64,000 bases of DNA from Octopus sinensis. Its lineage: Eukaryota. Made by a program: the position numbers and the translations under genes. The notes under the pieces were generated by a model, which saw nothing but the letters and a program-made list of their open reading frames with translations, was not told the DNA's origin and ran no database searches. The stretch is taken from the NCBI RefSeq assembly GCF_006345805.1, contig NC_042998.1, positions 66,898,001 to 66,962,000 on the forward strand, in the 5' to 3' direction. Numbering within the stretch: the stretch's first letter is position 1; each line of letters starts with the position of its first letter. Of the stretch, positions 13,350 to 27,522 are shown in pieces.

Positions 13350-14190
13350 ACATTTTATCTCCCAATGACTGGATCTGAATGGTGCTCATACCATAGTGAT
13401 GGCACACGTTCCAGTGAAAATACTGGCCATCTCGATTATGCCAGGTTTCCTATTCTGTAGAGGCAAGGACTGAGTAACCGGCAACTGTGTGGTGAATACT
13501 CTCCAGTTCTTCATTGCAGAGTTTATATTTTGTGTCTACCTCACTGTGTGTAACATTTGCTTGATAGTTCGGAGTGAGGAGACTCTGATCTTGTGCCGCT
13601 AGGATAAATCCTTGTTTCAGCTTTGATACCAGCACTCTGCAGTCACTGATGAGTTCTTCTCATATTTACATCAGCTTCCCTAGCTCGATTGGCGTATTGC
13701 CCATACAATGGTTTTTCTTCCCACAGTCTCGATATCACCTTTAAGATTTCCTGTTTGGATTTTGTTTTACACTGTTTTGCTGCCTTATTAGGTGGTGTGT
13801 TCTTATTATCATTGTAATCAGGCAAGTGAAACACTTGTCTGTATTTATATGCCTACTTTGAGATTGAGTGCAGTTTCTTAATCTGTTCATGACGCCTTAA
13901 CAGCTGTATCACGTAATCGGAGTTACTTTGGAAATATACTTGGAATCCTAACATGGCCATTTTATAGAACGTTTCACGTTGGATTAGGCCCCTACCGCCT
14001 TTCTTTCGTGGGGGGATAGAGCCAGTGGAGTCTGATTTTCGGGTGGTGCATCCTGTGGAGTTACAACAGTTTCCTGGTTTTATGTACTTCTGCTGGAGTT
14101 CACACATATTCCAACTGATGTCATTAAGATTATACTGGACAACTGGTACCTCCAGGGAGTTTATAGCTCCACTTTCTCTCTTTAACGACG
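13350..14190 (-). mobile_element. R4/Dong-type LINE fragment 4 (thumb to zinc knuckle, diverged)
   Basis: Remnants include VPVVQY, KKGGRGLIQ, WEEKPLYGQY, GFILAAQDQSLLTPNYQ and LCNEELESIHHTVAG-SVLASTEY. Confidence 0.88.
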
Positions 14191-14509
14191 TTTGACAACT
14201 TCTACTCTCAATCTCTCTCTGCCTTCGCCGGTTATCTGTCTCTCTTTCTCCCACCATCTCTCTCACTGTACATCTGTCTGTATCTATAGAGAGAAATCGT
14301 TGACAGCCGCAAAGGTTTAAATATTCCCGCCACAGGTCTTTTAGAACGGTGAATTATTATCGCCCACCACCAGCGCACAATCATAACAGATATTATTAAT
14401 CAGATATATTGCGTTAATTTATATATATATATATATGTGTGTGTGTACATAAATATATGTATAATGTGTATACATATATATATATATGTCTATATATAAA
14501 ATCATCAAT

Positions 14510-15180
14510 ATCTATAAAGCTGAAATGCGAAAAAGTTGTTTTGTTTCTTCGTTATTTGTCTCATTTTGGGATGGAAACGGTTTAAGGGGCGGTAGAAGGG
14601 GTCGGATTTACACTGGGTGGGGTGAGGTGGGTAGAATGGAGTGGGCAATGGTGTGAGGAGGGTTGCAAGTCGCTCGGGGCTACCGTTTGGTTGCCATGGT
14701 GAGGAGCATGGGAAAAATTGAGTTGTATGGGATAGGCAGGTTGCGCTGTTTGAATAATGGTAACTTTTTGTGTTGCTGCCGGGGCTAAAGGCGGTTATCA
14801 TTAATCTAATCTATAAGATCAAGAAGGCGAATGTTGTTACAAATTGTATTTTTATGTAAAAAGGGGTCTAAATGGAGGTAGAAAGGGATTAAAATTTACA
14901 GGTGGGGGTAACTTGAGGAGAAATTGATTGCGCTACAGTGCTTGCTTTGCTGTGAAAACGGGGATTTTATTGATTTTAGGGGACACTTGGGTGTCTAGAT
15001 TGGACACCTTTTGCCCGACTTCAATCAAATTTTCAACATGGAAGCGGATTTGTAATTTAAGCGCGGAAAATGGGTTCGAAATTTTGAAAATTAAGGGAAG
15101 ATTTAAGAAACAGAAATAAAGCAACAGAATGTAACAACCACACCCTCACCCGTGCGTAGAGCGGATCACCTTAAGCAAGT
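14510..15180 (+). mobile_element. Non-autonomous Helitron/Helentron-like element
   Basis: Starts TCTATAAAG, has an internal ccgacttcaatcaaattt motif, and ends with a short GC hairpin (ccg tgcgtagag cgg) followed by a degenerate CTAG-like end (CAAG|T). Confidence 0.45.
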
Positions 15181-15805
15181 CTTCATATAAAATGTGATAT
15201 ATGTTTGTGTCTGTGTGTGGTGTTTGAGTGGGGGATTGTTTGTGTGGGAGTGTATACATACATGCACACACATGCATGCATATATCCGTGTTTAGTAAAC
15301 CTGTGACAGTACTGAAATAATTTATAGAGTTTTCCGTAAGGGAAAATTAGTGCCATTAAGATTAAGAACAGCATTGAGTATAAATTGTAAATCTAATTAT
15401 TTAAAGAATTTGTAATGGTCTTCTCTATATTTCTCTTTTTGTAGAAAACATTTAAATAAATAGTGTCTATAAAGGTTTCTTAAGAGTGTAGAGATCTCGG
15501 AGAATGTAAGGTAATTTGGTATGCAGTACATTGTATGTATATACATACATAGATACATACATGTACACAGAGACAAACAGACAGACACACACACACACAT
15601 ATATATATATATGTATGTATGTATGAACGTATGTATATACATACATACCTACATATACGTGTGTGTTTGTGTGCATACATACATAAATACATACATATAT
15701 ATTGATATAACATGATAGAGATTGAAAATAGAACACACAAGAAACTTATATATACGTATATAAATATACGAATACATGTGTGTATCTACGTGCATGTATA
15801 TATAT

Positions 15806-15968
15806 GCTATTTCTAACGAGTTCAGTATGCGGCAAAGTAATTTATTTTACTAAGCCCTTTTATATAATGTAATAATTTGAATTGCCTTAAATGGTCCCTT
15901 TGCATACTGAATACTTGGTGAAATTGATTAATTAATTAATTAATTTTACCCTCAATTGTTGAAATTAT
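15806..15968 (+). repeat. Solo copy of the ~177-bp terminal repeat of the 20229-21485 element
   Basis: Near-identical to 20749-20926 and 21310-21485, and flanked by TA-rich microsatellite. Confidence 0.95.
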
Positions 15969-16103
15969 ATGTATATATATATATGTGTGTGTGTGCATGT
16001 ATGTATGAATATATATATATGTATGTATGTATATGTATGAATATATGTATATATATATATATGCATGTATATATATATATACATATATATATGTATATAT
16101 ATA

Positions 16104-16187
<84 letters not shown>

Positions 16188-16188
<1 letters not shown>

Positions 16189-16530
16189 GCGACAATATCA
16201 AGAATTTCAACTGAGGCTTTAGATAGAAGGCTCGAAGCTACAGGGATATTCTCAAATTTCTTTGATCCATATGCTGTTTCATAATATAAAGTAGATTTCT
16301 TTGCATGTACAATAATAATTCGAGAAGCACTAATGGATGCGAAGCTTTTTTCGAAAGTGATTTCATCCATCAAGAATAGTTGGGAAATTGGGCGGTAGTA
16401 ATCCTCAATGTCAAATTAAGTGAATCTACAAACCTCCTTGGGAAATAGGGATTTAAGACAAGTAATCAGAGGATTGGTATTAATCTGTAGGGGAGGTATA
16501 AACAGGAGGGTAACTTAACTTTGTGAATTA
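16188..16530 (-). mobile_element. CR1/L2-group LINE reverse transcriptase fragment
   Basis: Reads PK...[22 protein letters not shown]...TAYGSKKF, matching RT domain 1/2 (NYRPISLL...FEK...QYGFR). Confidence 0.65.
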
Positions 16531-19058
16531 CAAAAAAAAGTGTGTGACAAGAACGTGAGTCGACGGTCTAGCAAATGCAATGACCTATACTCGAAAATTT
16601 AAAATATTAGATTTACCCTTCCTCGATTCTGAACTATAATTCCATTTAAAATATATTTTCCATTGGCCTTGATTACTATTCTGAAGTTTTGACAGATGAA
16701 ACTAAAGTAAATTGCCACCCGGTAGTTTTTCTTTTGCAATCTTCGATGCAAATTGATTTGTCCCATTTTTCCCTCGTCTCTCCTCATTTCTTTCTAATCT
16801 AAACCCACTTACGTAAAAGTAGTGTGTCCTACATTACGCTTAACTCTCTCCCCATCGCTCTTTCTTTTCCCTCTGTGTTTCTTTCTTCCCCCGCCTCTCT
16901 TTCTCCCCTCTCTGTCTCACTCTTGCTCTCGTTCCATTTCATTAAAACAAACAACAAGAACGTACTACAGGCTATTAGCTAATACTCGCTTGCTACTGAG
17001 TGCATAAGACATTCCGTCTTTTCGACTGTGCTTTTTGTTATTTCCCAACATACGTGTATGTATGTGTGCATGTATGTGTATGTAAATTCATGTGTGTGTG
17101 AGTGTGAGTCTGTGTGTGTGTGTGTTTCTACAAGTTTGTGTGTAAATGAAATATTTTGAATTGATATTCTATTGTTCAACACTTGAAAAGAAAAATAATG
17201 TAAAAATGTGCAGTGGTTGTTTCTTTCAAAATCGGCTCATTGATATTTTCATAAAATGGACACTTTGATTTCACTAACGTCGGGAATGTTCGCAGTGACT
17301 CATTAGAGAAGTTATGGGTAAATAACCGTACATACATACATATATACATATATACATTCTCAGATGCAGAAACACACGCATATACGTATATATATATTTA
17401 TTTATGTGTGTACGTATGTTCTGGTCTCTGATTTTGAGTGTAACTGTTTACACATGCTCCTACACACAGACGCACACACACACACACACACGAAAATATA
17501 CACATGCACACAAATGTTATTATTGTTATTTTTGTTGTCGACATGGTTGTTGTTATCAAAACACTAAACACTAGTGATGCTGGTTCTATCGGTGTTGATT
17601 ACTCGAAACAGGTGGTGAATATGAATGACAACATGAAGAGACGCGAAACGCTTCCGTCAATGTCACATCCTTTTCTGGTATACATATAAATGTGTGTGTG
17701 TGGTGTGTTTGTATGTGTGTGTCTGCGTGTGTGTGCTGGTGTGTGTGGGCATGTGTTTGTATGTGTATGTGAGTGTGTGCGTATTTCTATCCCTATAGGG
17801 GTAAAATAGAGATATTCGAAAATACCACACTATATCAAACTGAGATTTCTCCCCTTGCTCTGATGTCCACTCTGTAGAACGCTGATGTAATTATCTGAAA
17901 ACTGCTCAAAAATCTATTTAATCATCTAAAATCATTCAAGACGATGTCCCAATATGACCGCAGACCAAAAAATCTGAAACAAGAGAAAGAAAGAAGAATG
18001 TATTTTTGCTTGAGGCTGCACTTTTTTCGTATAAAACTCCGTTGCTTATATTGTTTATTAGAAGTTTACTAGAAGTAGGTCATATTCAAGAATCAGACAA
18101 AAAAATTTATTGTTTTATTTTGATTAGAAATCATTGATTGAAACTTGGAGTTTCTAACTTGACTAGTTTTTAGAATATCAGAGAGGAAACGAAAGCAACC
18201 AATGAAAACCTGAGGCAGCAATATATTTCTTTGTTTTTCGATGTGAGATATCTTGGACGAAACGACTGCTGATAACGTTGCACAATATGGCTCTTCAAGT
18301 GCAATATAGTTCTTCCTGTTGGTTAATAATCTACTGGAGAATATATTAACTTAATATTGATTTACTGTCGTACATAGGCTACTATGATTGTTAGTTACTA
18401 AGGAAAGAAGAATCTACTCTGTTTCCCGCCACTTAATAATACGAGATATCTGCATTACATCCTCATGGTAACAACAGGATGACTAAATAAGTAGGAAGTA
18501 TATTAAGAAAAACAGGAAAATTATATTATATTAGAATATTTCAGAAAACTTAGAGCGCCATAACATCATTTCTTCTAGAACGTAGCATCTTCAATAAATT
18601 CTGTTCCAGCCAAGGTTATTCAGTGCAACTGGGGTAAGAGAAGTGTGTATAATCCCATGGAATGTATTTTATCGGTCCTTATGTCATAGATCTGATCCGC
18701 CTCCCCGTTTTACTCTGCGAAATCATAGATACCATGAGTGTTTTTAACGGAATCCAATATAGCTCTTCAAGAGCAATATAGTTCTTCCTGTAATAAACAC
18801 TCGGATAATGTCTTACATCTCTAAATCTTGTTTCGTCTTCCTATTTCCGCAGCACAAACATTATTATTCCTCCGCCCTCTTTCTCTTATTCTGACAATCG
18901 TTTTTGTGACCTCCCACAAAAATAAAGGTCACTGACGCACCATTTCCATGGCAGTTGAAAAACAAATTGAAGTAGCACACTAACGCTTTCCTTCTAACAC
19001 TGTAGCTTACTTTATCCTGTCTTATGTATGTATGTATGCATGTATGTATGTATTAATG

Positions 19059-19091
<33 letters not shown>

Positions 19092-20185
19092 ATCTATCTA
19101 TATGTCTATATATAAATTATCCCATTTACATTGTCGTGATGGATGTAATGATGACAGTAAAAAGAAGTATACAAAGAATCACGCATACATACGCGCACAT
19201 ACACACTAACACTCATATACATACATACATACATACATACATACATACATAAAACACACATACAGACACGTATATAAAACGTCAAAGGTCAATGGACGTC
19301 ATTAATATGAATGTTTAGTGCAAGGACGAAAATAATAACACTATTTTTAGAAATTATCAGCTAGAAGTACACGACATTATCACTTTGTTCGCAGCCGTTT
19401 TGAAGTAGCACAGAACAGAATTGATTACTTTGTTGTCTATTTTTTATGAGTTTACTTTTTATTTATACACACAGAAGTTTGAAAAATGACTAAACACCGA
19501 AGAATTATTTTTTTCTTAGCGCATATACGATAAATCTTTGTATCAACTGTCGTGAGTCGAAAGTGCGTAAGACACATTTATGCAAAACACAAGAACAATT
19601 ACAATAATTTCTCTTATTTGCCACGGGGGCATCAATGAGGAAGATATTAGAAGAACGAGCGGAAAAAAGGAGTTCAGGGACAGGGATGAGAGAAAAGTAT
19701 ACGAAGATGCTTCGGTTCTCCTCATATATGAAAAACTTCAATTAGATCCAGTCAAAGAAACCCACGGATTACCATACCATCCTCGCCCAAACGCGGTTTT
19801 TCAATCTATAAGAGCAGGCTTAGAGTAATTTCCTCCACCTTAAAGGAATTTATCAGAGCAACACAATCTTTGAATAATTAACTGGGAGAGAGCGCTTCCG
19901 TCTCTACCATTTTTCCTTCCAAATGGAACCTGAAAAGGCTAATAAGGTCATGATCAAATACCAACACACTCTTTCACATCATCCACCATCAGGAGGAGCA
20001 CTGTTTGATCAAACTCGTCAAAAGACACAGAACCAACCATAACAGTTGACTCTGTTTTCTCCTACATGAGACAACTGCTGTTTGACATGATTCCATTATT
20101 TATCAAAGAATGAAGTTGATGACATGGATTGACTCGTTCAACATGTGTATATAAAGGCATTATTTATTAATCGCGCGTTTATGAG

Positions 20186-20217
<32 letters not shown>

Positions 20218-20228
20218 AATATATATAT

Positions 20229-21485
20229 ATTATATAAAAGGGCTTAGTAAAATAAATTACTTTGCCGCATACTGAACTCATTAGAAAAGCAGCCAAAAAA
20301 AACTTTTTTAAAAACTATTTCTAATACTTAAAGAAAAACTCTCTCATATAGTGTTTGCTCAATTCAACTCACGCAAATATGGGGGTAGAGACATTAAAAA
20401 TCAAGTGCAAAGGTTATTTGAGAACGTACGTTTCAAGATTAGTCAAAGTCGACATTCTATCATCCGCTCAGAACTCCCTGGTTTGGATTTGAAAACACTG
20501 AAAGTGGGAGCATACCCTTTCGGCTTCCTCTCGCTTCTGAAGATCTGCTCGTAACTAACAGTGCCAACAAACTCAAAAATGCAAGCGAAGAATTTCTGCT
20601 CTCCCCTTTCCACCAGCGTGGGCTAAAATCAGTAACACTATGCTTTTTTCGGTAAAATCCGCGGCATTATATAGAGAGAGATGAATTATAATTTCAACAA
20701 TTGAGGGTAAAATTAATTAATTAATCAATTTCACCAAGTATTCAGTACAGTTTTTTTTGGCTGCTATTTCTAATGAGTTCAGTATGCGGCAAAGTAATTT
20801 ATTTTACTAAGCCCTTTTTTATATAATGTAATAATTTGAATTCGCCTTAAATGGTCCCTTTGCATACTGAATACTTGGTGAAATTGATTAATTAATTAAT
20901 TTTACCCTCAATTGTTGAAATTATAATTCATATTCTCTCTATATAATGCCGCGGATTTTACCGAAAAAAGCATAGTGTTTACTGATTTAGCCCACGCTGG
21001 TGGAAAGGGGAGAGCAGAAATTCTTCGCTTGCATTTTTGAGTTTGTTGGCACTGTTAGTTACGAGCAGATCTTCAGAAGCGAGAGGAAGCCGAAAGGGTA
21101 TGCTCCCACTTTCAGTGTTTTCAAATCCAAACCAGGGAGTTCTGAGCGGATGATAGAAATGTCGACTTTGACTAATCTTGAAACGTACGTTCTCAAATAA
21201 CCTTTGCACTTGATTTTTAATGTCTCTACCCCCATATTTGCGTGAGTTGAATTGAGCAAACACTATATGAGAGAGGTTTTCTTTAAGTATTAGAAATAGT
21301 TTTAAAAAAAGTTTTTTTTGGCTGCTATTTCTAATGAGTTCAGTATGCGGCAAAGTAATTTATTTTACTAAGCCCTTTTATATAATGTAATAATTTGAAT
21401 TCGCCTTAAATGGTCCCTTTGCATACTGAATACTTGGTGAAATTGATTAATTAATTAATTTTACCCTCAATTGTTGAAATTATAA
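20229..21485. mobile_element. Fold-back element A: inverted ~520-bp copy + 177-bp direct repeat / ~385-bp body / direct repeat
   Basis: Inverted arms 20229-20747 and 20865-21386. Direct repeats 20749-20926 and 21310-21485. Both flanks are (TA)n. Confidence 0.9.
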
Positions 21486-22393
21486 ATATATAATATATAT
21501 ATATATATTATATATAATATATATATATATATGTGTCATCTATCTATCTATCTATCTATCTATCTCTCTATCTAAACATATATATATATATATAAGTATA
21601 CATGTATGTATGTAGGCATGTATGTATGTAAGAATGCTTCTGTGTAGTATTAGTTATGTACAGCAGTGATTACGCATAGGCACCCGCGCGTATGTGATGT
21701 ACTGTTTGTGTGTGCATGGTGGTGTCGGAAAGAAGGAATACATTATATTTTGGGTTGTATTCTGTTGACAACATTGGCAAAAATGTTTTGTAGTCAATCA
21801 AAAGAGATCTGCCGTGTCAATGACAAAGCCACATCAACTAGAGAAGGATCTCTACTTCTCGAACTTCTTCGTAAAATATTATTTGCATTCATTGCATACA
21901 AATACAATACAAATGTACAATTTTCAAATCCAACATAAAGTACCTTAGTGAGGCAACAAAGTTAATCTCTAGCAGCTATCTATTGTGATAAAAAAAAAAA
22001 AACATTTCTTCGTTATATATTTCGTCATATCTCTCATTGTAAAATTGAAATGTATTAGTTCTAGAAATGTGTAATTAAGGATGGACAATCGTAATAAAGT
22101 TGTTTTTTTCCGAATATATCCCAGGAACAAATTATTCGGATATCGATAATTACAGAGTATTTTTCGTTATACTAATAGCAAAATTATCTAGTTATTTTAG
22201 ACTGAATTCTGTTGACTTGTTAGTCGATGGACAGGAATTGTGTTCAATTCCTTCCGATGAGTTTCTAAAACGGCTTCTCCAGACAAAGCAGATAAACCAG
22301 GAAATATACATACACCCATACATACATGTATACATACATATATAAATGAATATACGTAAGTATATACGTGTAATTATGCATACACTCATGTAT

Positions 22394-22427
<34 letters not shown>

Positions 22428-22763
22428 GTGTGTGTGTGCCTGTGTGTGTGCAAATATATGTTTGCAGTGCTTTAAAATTCCAAAGAAATATAACAACGAT
22501 ATGAGACTAAAATACATTTTAATCATTTATTGACACACCTGCTTCAAGCTATTCCTACTTCTATAAGTGTCCTTTCGCATCACACAACAGTACTGACTGT
22601 ACTTAATTAACTTATCAAATGCTTTCGCAGGTAACAGATATAGAGTGGTGCTTCCTCAGAGTTGTTAAAACCTCGGAAAATACATTTGGTTATTTGTTTT
22701 GAGTTCAAATCTCACCACCCAAGAAGCAAATAGTTTTAAGTGTGCGTGTAAATGCATATGCAA

Positions 22764-22822
<59 letters not shown>

Positions 22823-23028
22823 TAGATGAATGAATTATCCTGGTATGGATCATTCTGTTAATCGATACCTGGGTAGCAATTCACGTCAGTAAAACACGGT
22901 TGAAGTTACATGCCAAGGGCAGAACCCCGTGTTCGTGTGTGGAAACTTGTGTGTTTTTTTATATGAATAAATGAAAAGAATGGAGTCGAACGAAGATTTT
23001 AACAAAATTCCTTTACTTTCGACATATG

Positions 23029-23336
23029 TTTCGGGGTCGATTAAATAAGTACCAATTACGCACTGGGGTCAATATAATCGACTTAATCCATTTGTCTGTC
23101 CTTGTTTGACCCTTCTGTGTTTAGCCCCTTGTGGGAAGTAAAGAAATAGGTATTTCGTCTGCCGCTACGTTCTCAGTTCAAACCCCGCCGAGGTTGACTT
23201 TGCCTTTCATCATTTCGGGGTCGATTAAATAAGTACCAGTTACGCACTGGGGTCGATATAATCGACTTAGTCCGTTTGTCTGCCCTTGTTTTGTCCTCTC
23301 TGTGTTTAGCCTCTTGTGGGTAGTACAGAAATAAGT
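23029..23336 (+). repeat. Head-to-tail tandem of a SINE-derived ~184-bp unit (~1.7 copies)
   Basis: tttcggggtcgattaaataagtacc... occurs at 23029 and 23213; the unit contains the SINE core also seen at 60521. Confidence 0.85.
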
Positions 23337-24315
23337 AATAACAAAAACACACTTCACTGGTTACTATATATACGTGTATATATATATATATATATACACT
23401 TACCCACACAATTGCAGCGACGAAGGTGTTTATAATCCATTTAAAAGCATTCAATAACCATTGATTTTACGTCAGCATTTAAATTTCATTTGTTAAAATA
23501 TTTTCTCGCTCTTAAATCGCGACCTCGTTCATTGACAGTATTCCTTGCTGCATCGCGGAATTTTGTCAGTGGACAGGTCGTGGTTGAAGTTAATCTAACG
23601 GTTTTTGTGTGTTTTTAAACGGCTTGTAAACACCTCGATGCTGCAATTGTTTTTGTTCTACCCTATGATCTCAGAACATGTCACTTGCTATGCAAGTATA
23701 TTCTCCCTAATATATATATATATATATATGTATATGTGCAACAAAGGTGTACAGGCGTCAGCTCATTATGGCCGTAATGAATTGAGACCTGTACATCTTT
23801 GTTATTCATTTATATTTTATTCACCTAACTTGGATTCTGCACTTTGGAAATACCCTCATAAAATACCCGTATAAAAAGTACATATCTGAATTACCAAGAG
23901 CGGATATCTTCACTTAGCTGGGTTGTGTTATCAAGACAGACACCCCTACACAGAGTCTTGATATTCAATATTCAGTAAATACGGTTTTGGGCGTGCGGAT
24001 TTTACCAACCCAACCCAGCAAGGTGCCTCAATTTAAGTACCTAATTCGACGGAATTTTAATTATAAATGTGTATCTTTGTATGTAATTATATATGTATGC
24101 ATGTATGTCTGTATGTAATTATGAAAGAGGACATTTAATTAGGAAAAGGTGAATAGTTTTATAACGCGTGATTGCGTTTATACAGTGTTCTGTAGTTCAT
24201 TAGTTCCAGCTGTTGTACTTTAGATATGTTGATGTATCAATCTAAATGTGTATCAATCGATTATATTTGATCCAATAAATATATATATAATATATATATA
24301 TATATTATATATATA

Positions 24316-24358
<43 letters not shown>

Positions 24359-25075
24359 TATATATATATTGGTTTCATGTTTAAGTTTCTTTTCGATACA
24401 AAGTAAAACTGTTTATACCTTTCTACATGTGCTGTATGTGTGTGTATTAAGTATGTGTCTGCGCGCGCGCGTGTGCTCCCACGCATGTATTTCCATTCAT
24501 CAAATTCAGCTGATAAGGCACTTGTAGACCATGGGCTACATTTGAAGTTCCTTAGCGAATGTATGTTAATGCGTTGATGGATTCAATCGGGAGTATGTAT
24601 TTTAGAGGCAAATGTCATGAACAATCGACCGTATATTGGATTTTTTCGTATGGCTGCATGTATCGCACATGGAAATAAATGTAAATGTCAGAATGAAGAG
24701 CTAGGAATATACAAATAAGTGTGAGTCAATTAAATGACATGCAACAGCCTATGCTCAGATAAAAAAAAAATAGTCGTCGGTTGAAATTGCGAGAAGGATA
24801 AATTGTATATATTTGAAATTCGAAAAAGACATAAGAATTCAATTAGTTCTCTACGCCGGTTTACATGAATAAACATTTCTTTGTGTTGTCTCTAAGTATA
24901 GATATGTTGAAAATCCTATCCAACATCGCAATTTGTGAGCAACAGTGTCCTCTTTATATGCTTCTAATCACTTAAATATCGATTCAATGAATTTCATAAG
25001 GCGAAAGGTACGACGTGATGGTATAACACGTTTGTTAAGGGATCCCATTCGTAAAGCACAGAATATATATGCGTG

Positions 25076-25109
<34 letters not shown>

Positions 25110-25185
25110 AATATATATGCGTGTATATATATATATGCGTGTATATATATATATACATATATATATACATATATATATACATATA

Positions 25186-25235
<50 letters not shown>

Positions 25236-25552
25236 ATGTGTGTGTGTATGCATATATATATATATATTCCTTCTATTAATATTCCACTCAATATGTGTTG
25301 ATGTCTGTTAGCTATGGTGCAATTCTTCCTTTGCTTTGTCATTCGACTGCGTAGAAACACTTCTTAAGTATACAATATCTAAGTATAAAATGCCTGCAAA
25401 GTGATTGTTCCCTAAAATAATGAACAATTAACCCAAAAGACCATTGGAATATGGAGTTATTAATTATATTTTTATTACAATATCAACTGTCTTAGGCGGA
25501 AATATCATAAATCATTACAGAGACAGCTGTAGGTTTTGTTATTTGATCGCAG

Positions 25553-25633
25553 CAAATGTGTGACCAGACAGACATACGCGCAAAGGTTGTGAACTCTCGT
25601 TTCCCATTACATCAAGGAAAGATTTATCTGCAG
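25553..25633 (+). other. Candidate 81-nt symmetric coding exon
   Basis: Boundaries ttttgttatttgatcgcag| and CAG|GTAATC; open in phase 0-0 as QMCDQTDIRAKVVNSRFPLHQGKIYLQ. Family not recognised. Confidence 0.35.
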
Positions 25634-27463
25634 GTAATCTGAATTATTCATGAAAGTGTCTGATTTAAAGAACATTTAAGCCTTATTTCAACAATCAAAT
25701 TAGATGTTCTCTTATTAGCTCGTAATACCAAGTTTTTATAGTTATTGTACTTGTTCATTATTCATTCTTAGCTCTTGGCCACCCATGATTAAGTTCATAT
25801 ATGTACAGTCAAACACACTGATCTTTTGTGTATTGCTGATTAACAATATATATGTCCCTAATATACAATAAGATCTTCCCTTTTTATTGAATTCAGGGTA
25901 TAGCTTGAACATCATTTCCGTATTTTTGTTTTTAGTTTTAGTAACTCCTTATGAAAACCTGACGAAATTGTTTCGCCGTAGGTCAGCCTCACGGATCTGA
26001 GCAATGAAAAATGCGTTCAAGTCTATAGAATCCATTTTATTAGCATGGCTTTGATGATAAGGTCTCTGTCCTTTTTAGTAAAAGTACGCTAAGGTTTGAT
26101 TACAAGGGAGATTTATCTTCTATTTTTATAGTGCAAGTCACCGAGTAAATATTACATCAGGAAAAAATATACACTTCAATATGTGGTAGGTGTTATGATA
26201 ACACGTTAGGAATTCCTATATATTTAGAAACTGATATAAACAAACATAAATATACAAAGTGAGATAAAGGCAGGGTTTAGTTTACTTACCACCATAAAAT
26301 ATAAAATATTTCTAGTTGATAAAACATATTAAATAATTGTTCGTGTAATATATCAGTAATCCAATAAAAATAAATTTGAGTCCATTTTGAAAAAAACAAA
26401 ATACATATACATATATGTGTATGGGTTGGGTGTATGTATGTAGATGTGTATGTTTAAACAGGCACACGCACGCACACACATATCTATATTTATATATGTA
26501 TGCGTGTATGTGTATGCGCGTGCATAAATATATAGATATATGATATAAACACAAACACATATATATATTTTACATATACATACATATATGCATATATGCT
26601 TATATATGTGTGTGTATATATGTATGTATACACACACACATACTATATACCCCCACACACAAACAAGGACACAACAATCTACAGGTGTATATTTCTGTGC
26701 TCTAGTGTTTACATACATAAACAAATATATGAAGAGAAAGGGAGAGAGAGAGAAACAGGAGAGGTAGAGAAAGGTAGATAGATTGGTTGAAGCATACATA
26801 GATATGCAGATATATATACATACATACATATATGTATATATATATAATATATATATATATACATACATTCATACATACATACATACATACATACATACAT
26901 ACATACATACATACTTGCACACATACACATTCCTAGAGTGTCTAATTACAATTAATAATGAGATATTCCAAAGATTTTTAGACAAAAAAATATCAGCTTT
27001 TAAAAATGAAAATAAAAATAAATGGAAACAAATGAAAATCAATAAAATCGATACATTTTTAACATATAAATCTTAGTAAAAAAAAGAATTGGAAATTCAT
27101 GAATAAATTATATGATAAAAGAAATAATTACCAGGTCAATATAGCGATATTGCCAGTAAAACATTTCATTGAAGAATATTAAGTTTAAAAAAATAAAAAC
27201 TGTTTTATACAGAGTTTCAAATATTATACGATAAATACAGCGAGAGACAAATACTGAACCAAACAGTCATAAAACAAATATACAACCTTAAAAAAATAAT
27301 CATTGAAAGATACTGAAAACACTGAGGAGCGAGACAGCGTTTAACACACTAGATATTGATAATTCAAAATAATATTATAATAACGTATATACTTGCCTCT
27401 GTGTGTATCTGCGACATTTCTGCATACTCATACGCCTACGCGAATATATATACACACACACAC

Positions 27464-27522
<59 letters not shown>

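Noticed and set aside
19560-20130. Possible LTR integrase remnant (GLPYHPRPN resembles PYHPQSNG) or L2 3' end
   Set aside because: Only one short motif matches and the alternatives conflict; this needs tBLASTx against TE libraries.
20979-21353. 124-aa ORF in fold-back A as a real protein
   Set aside because: The frame is broken by indels in the inverted arm and shows no RT, endonuclease or other known motif.
23029-23336. CRISPR-like or other prokaryotic repeat array
   Set aside because: The repeat unit is a 184-bp SINE derivative without unique spacers, and the whole window is eukaryotic in character.
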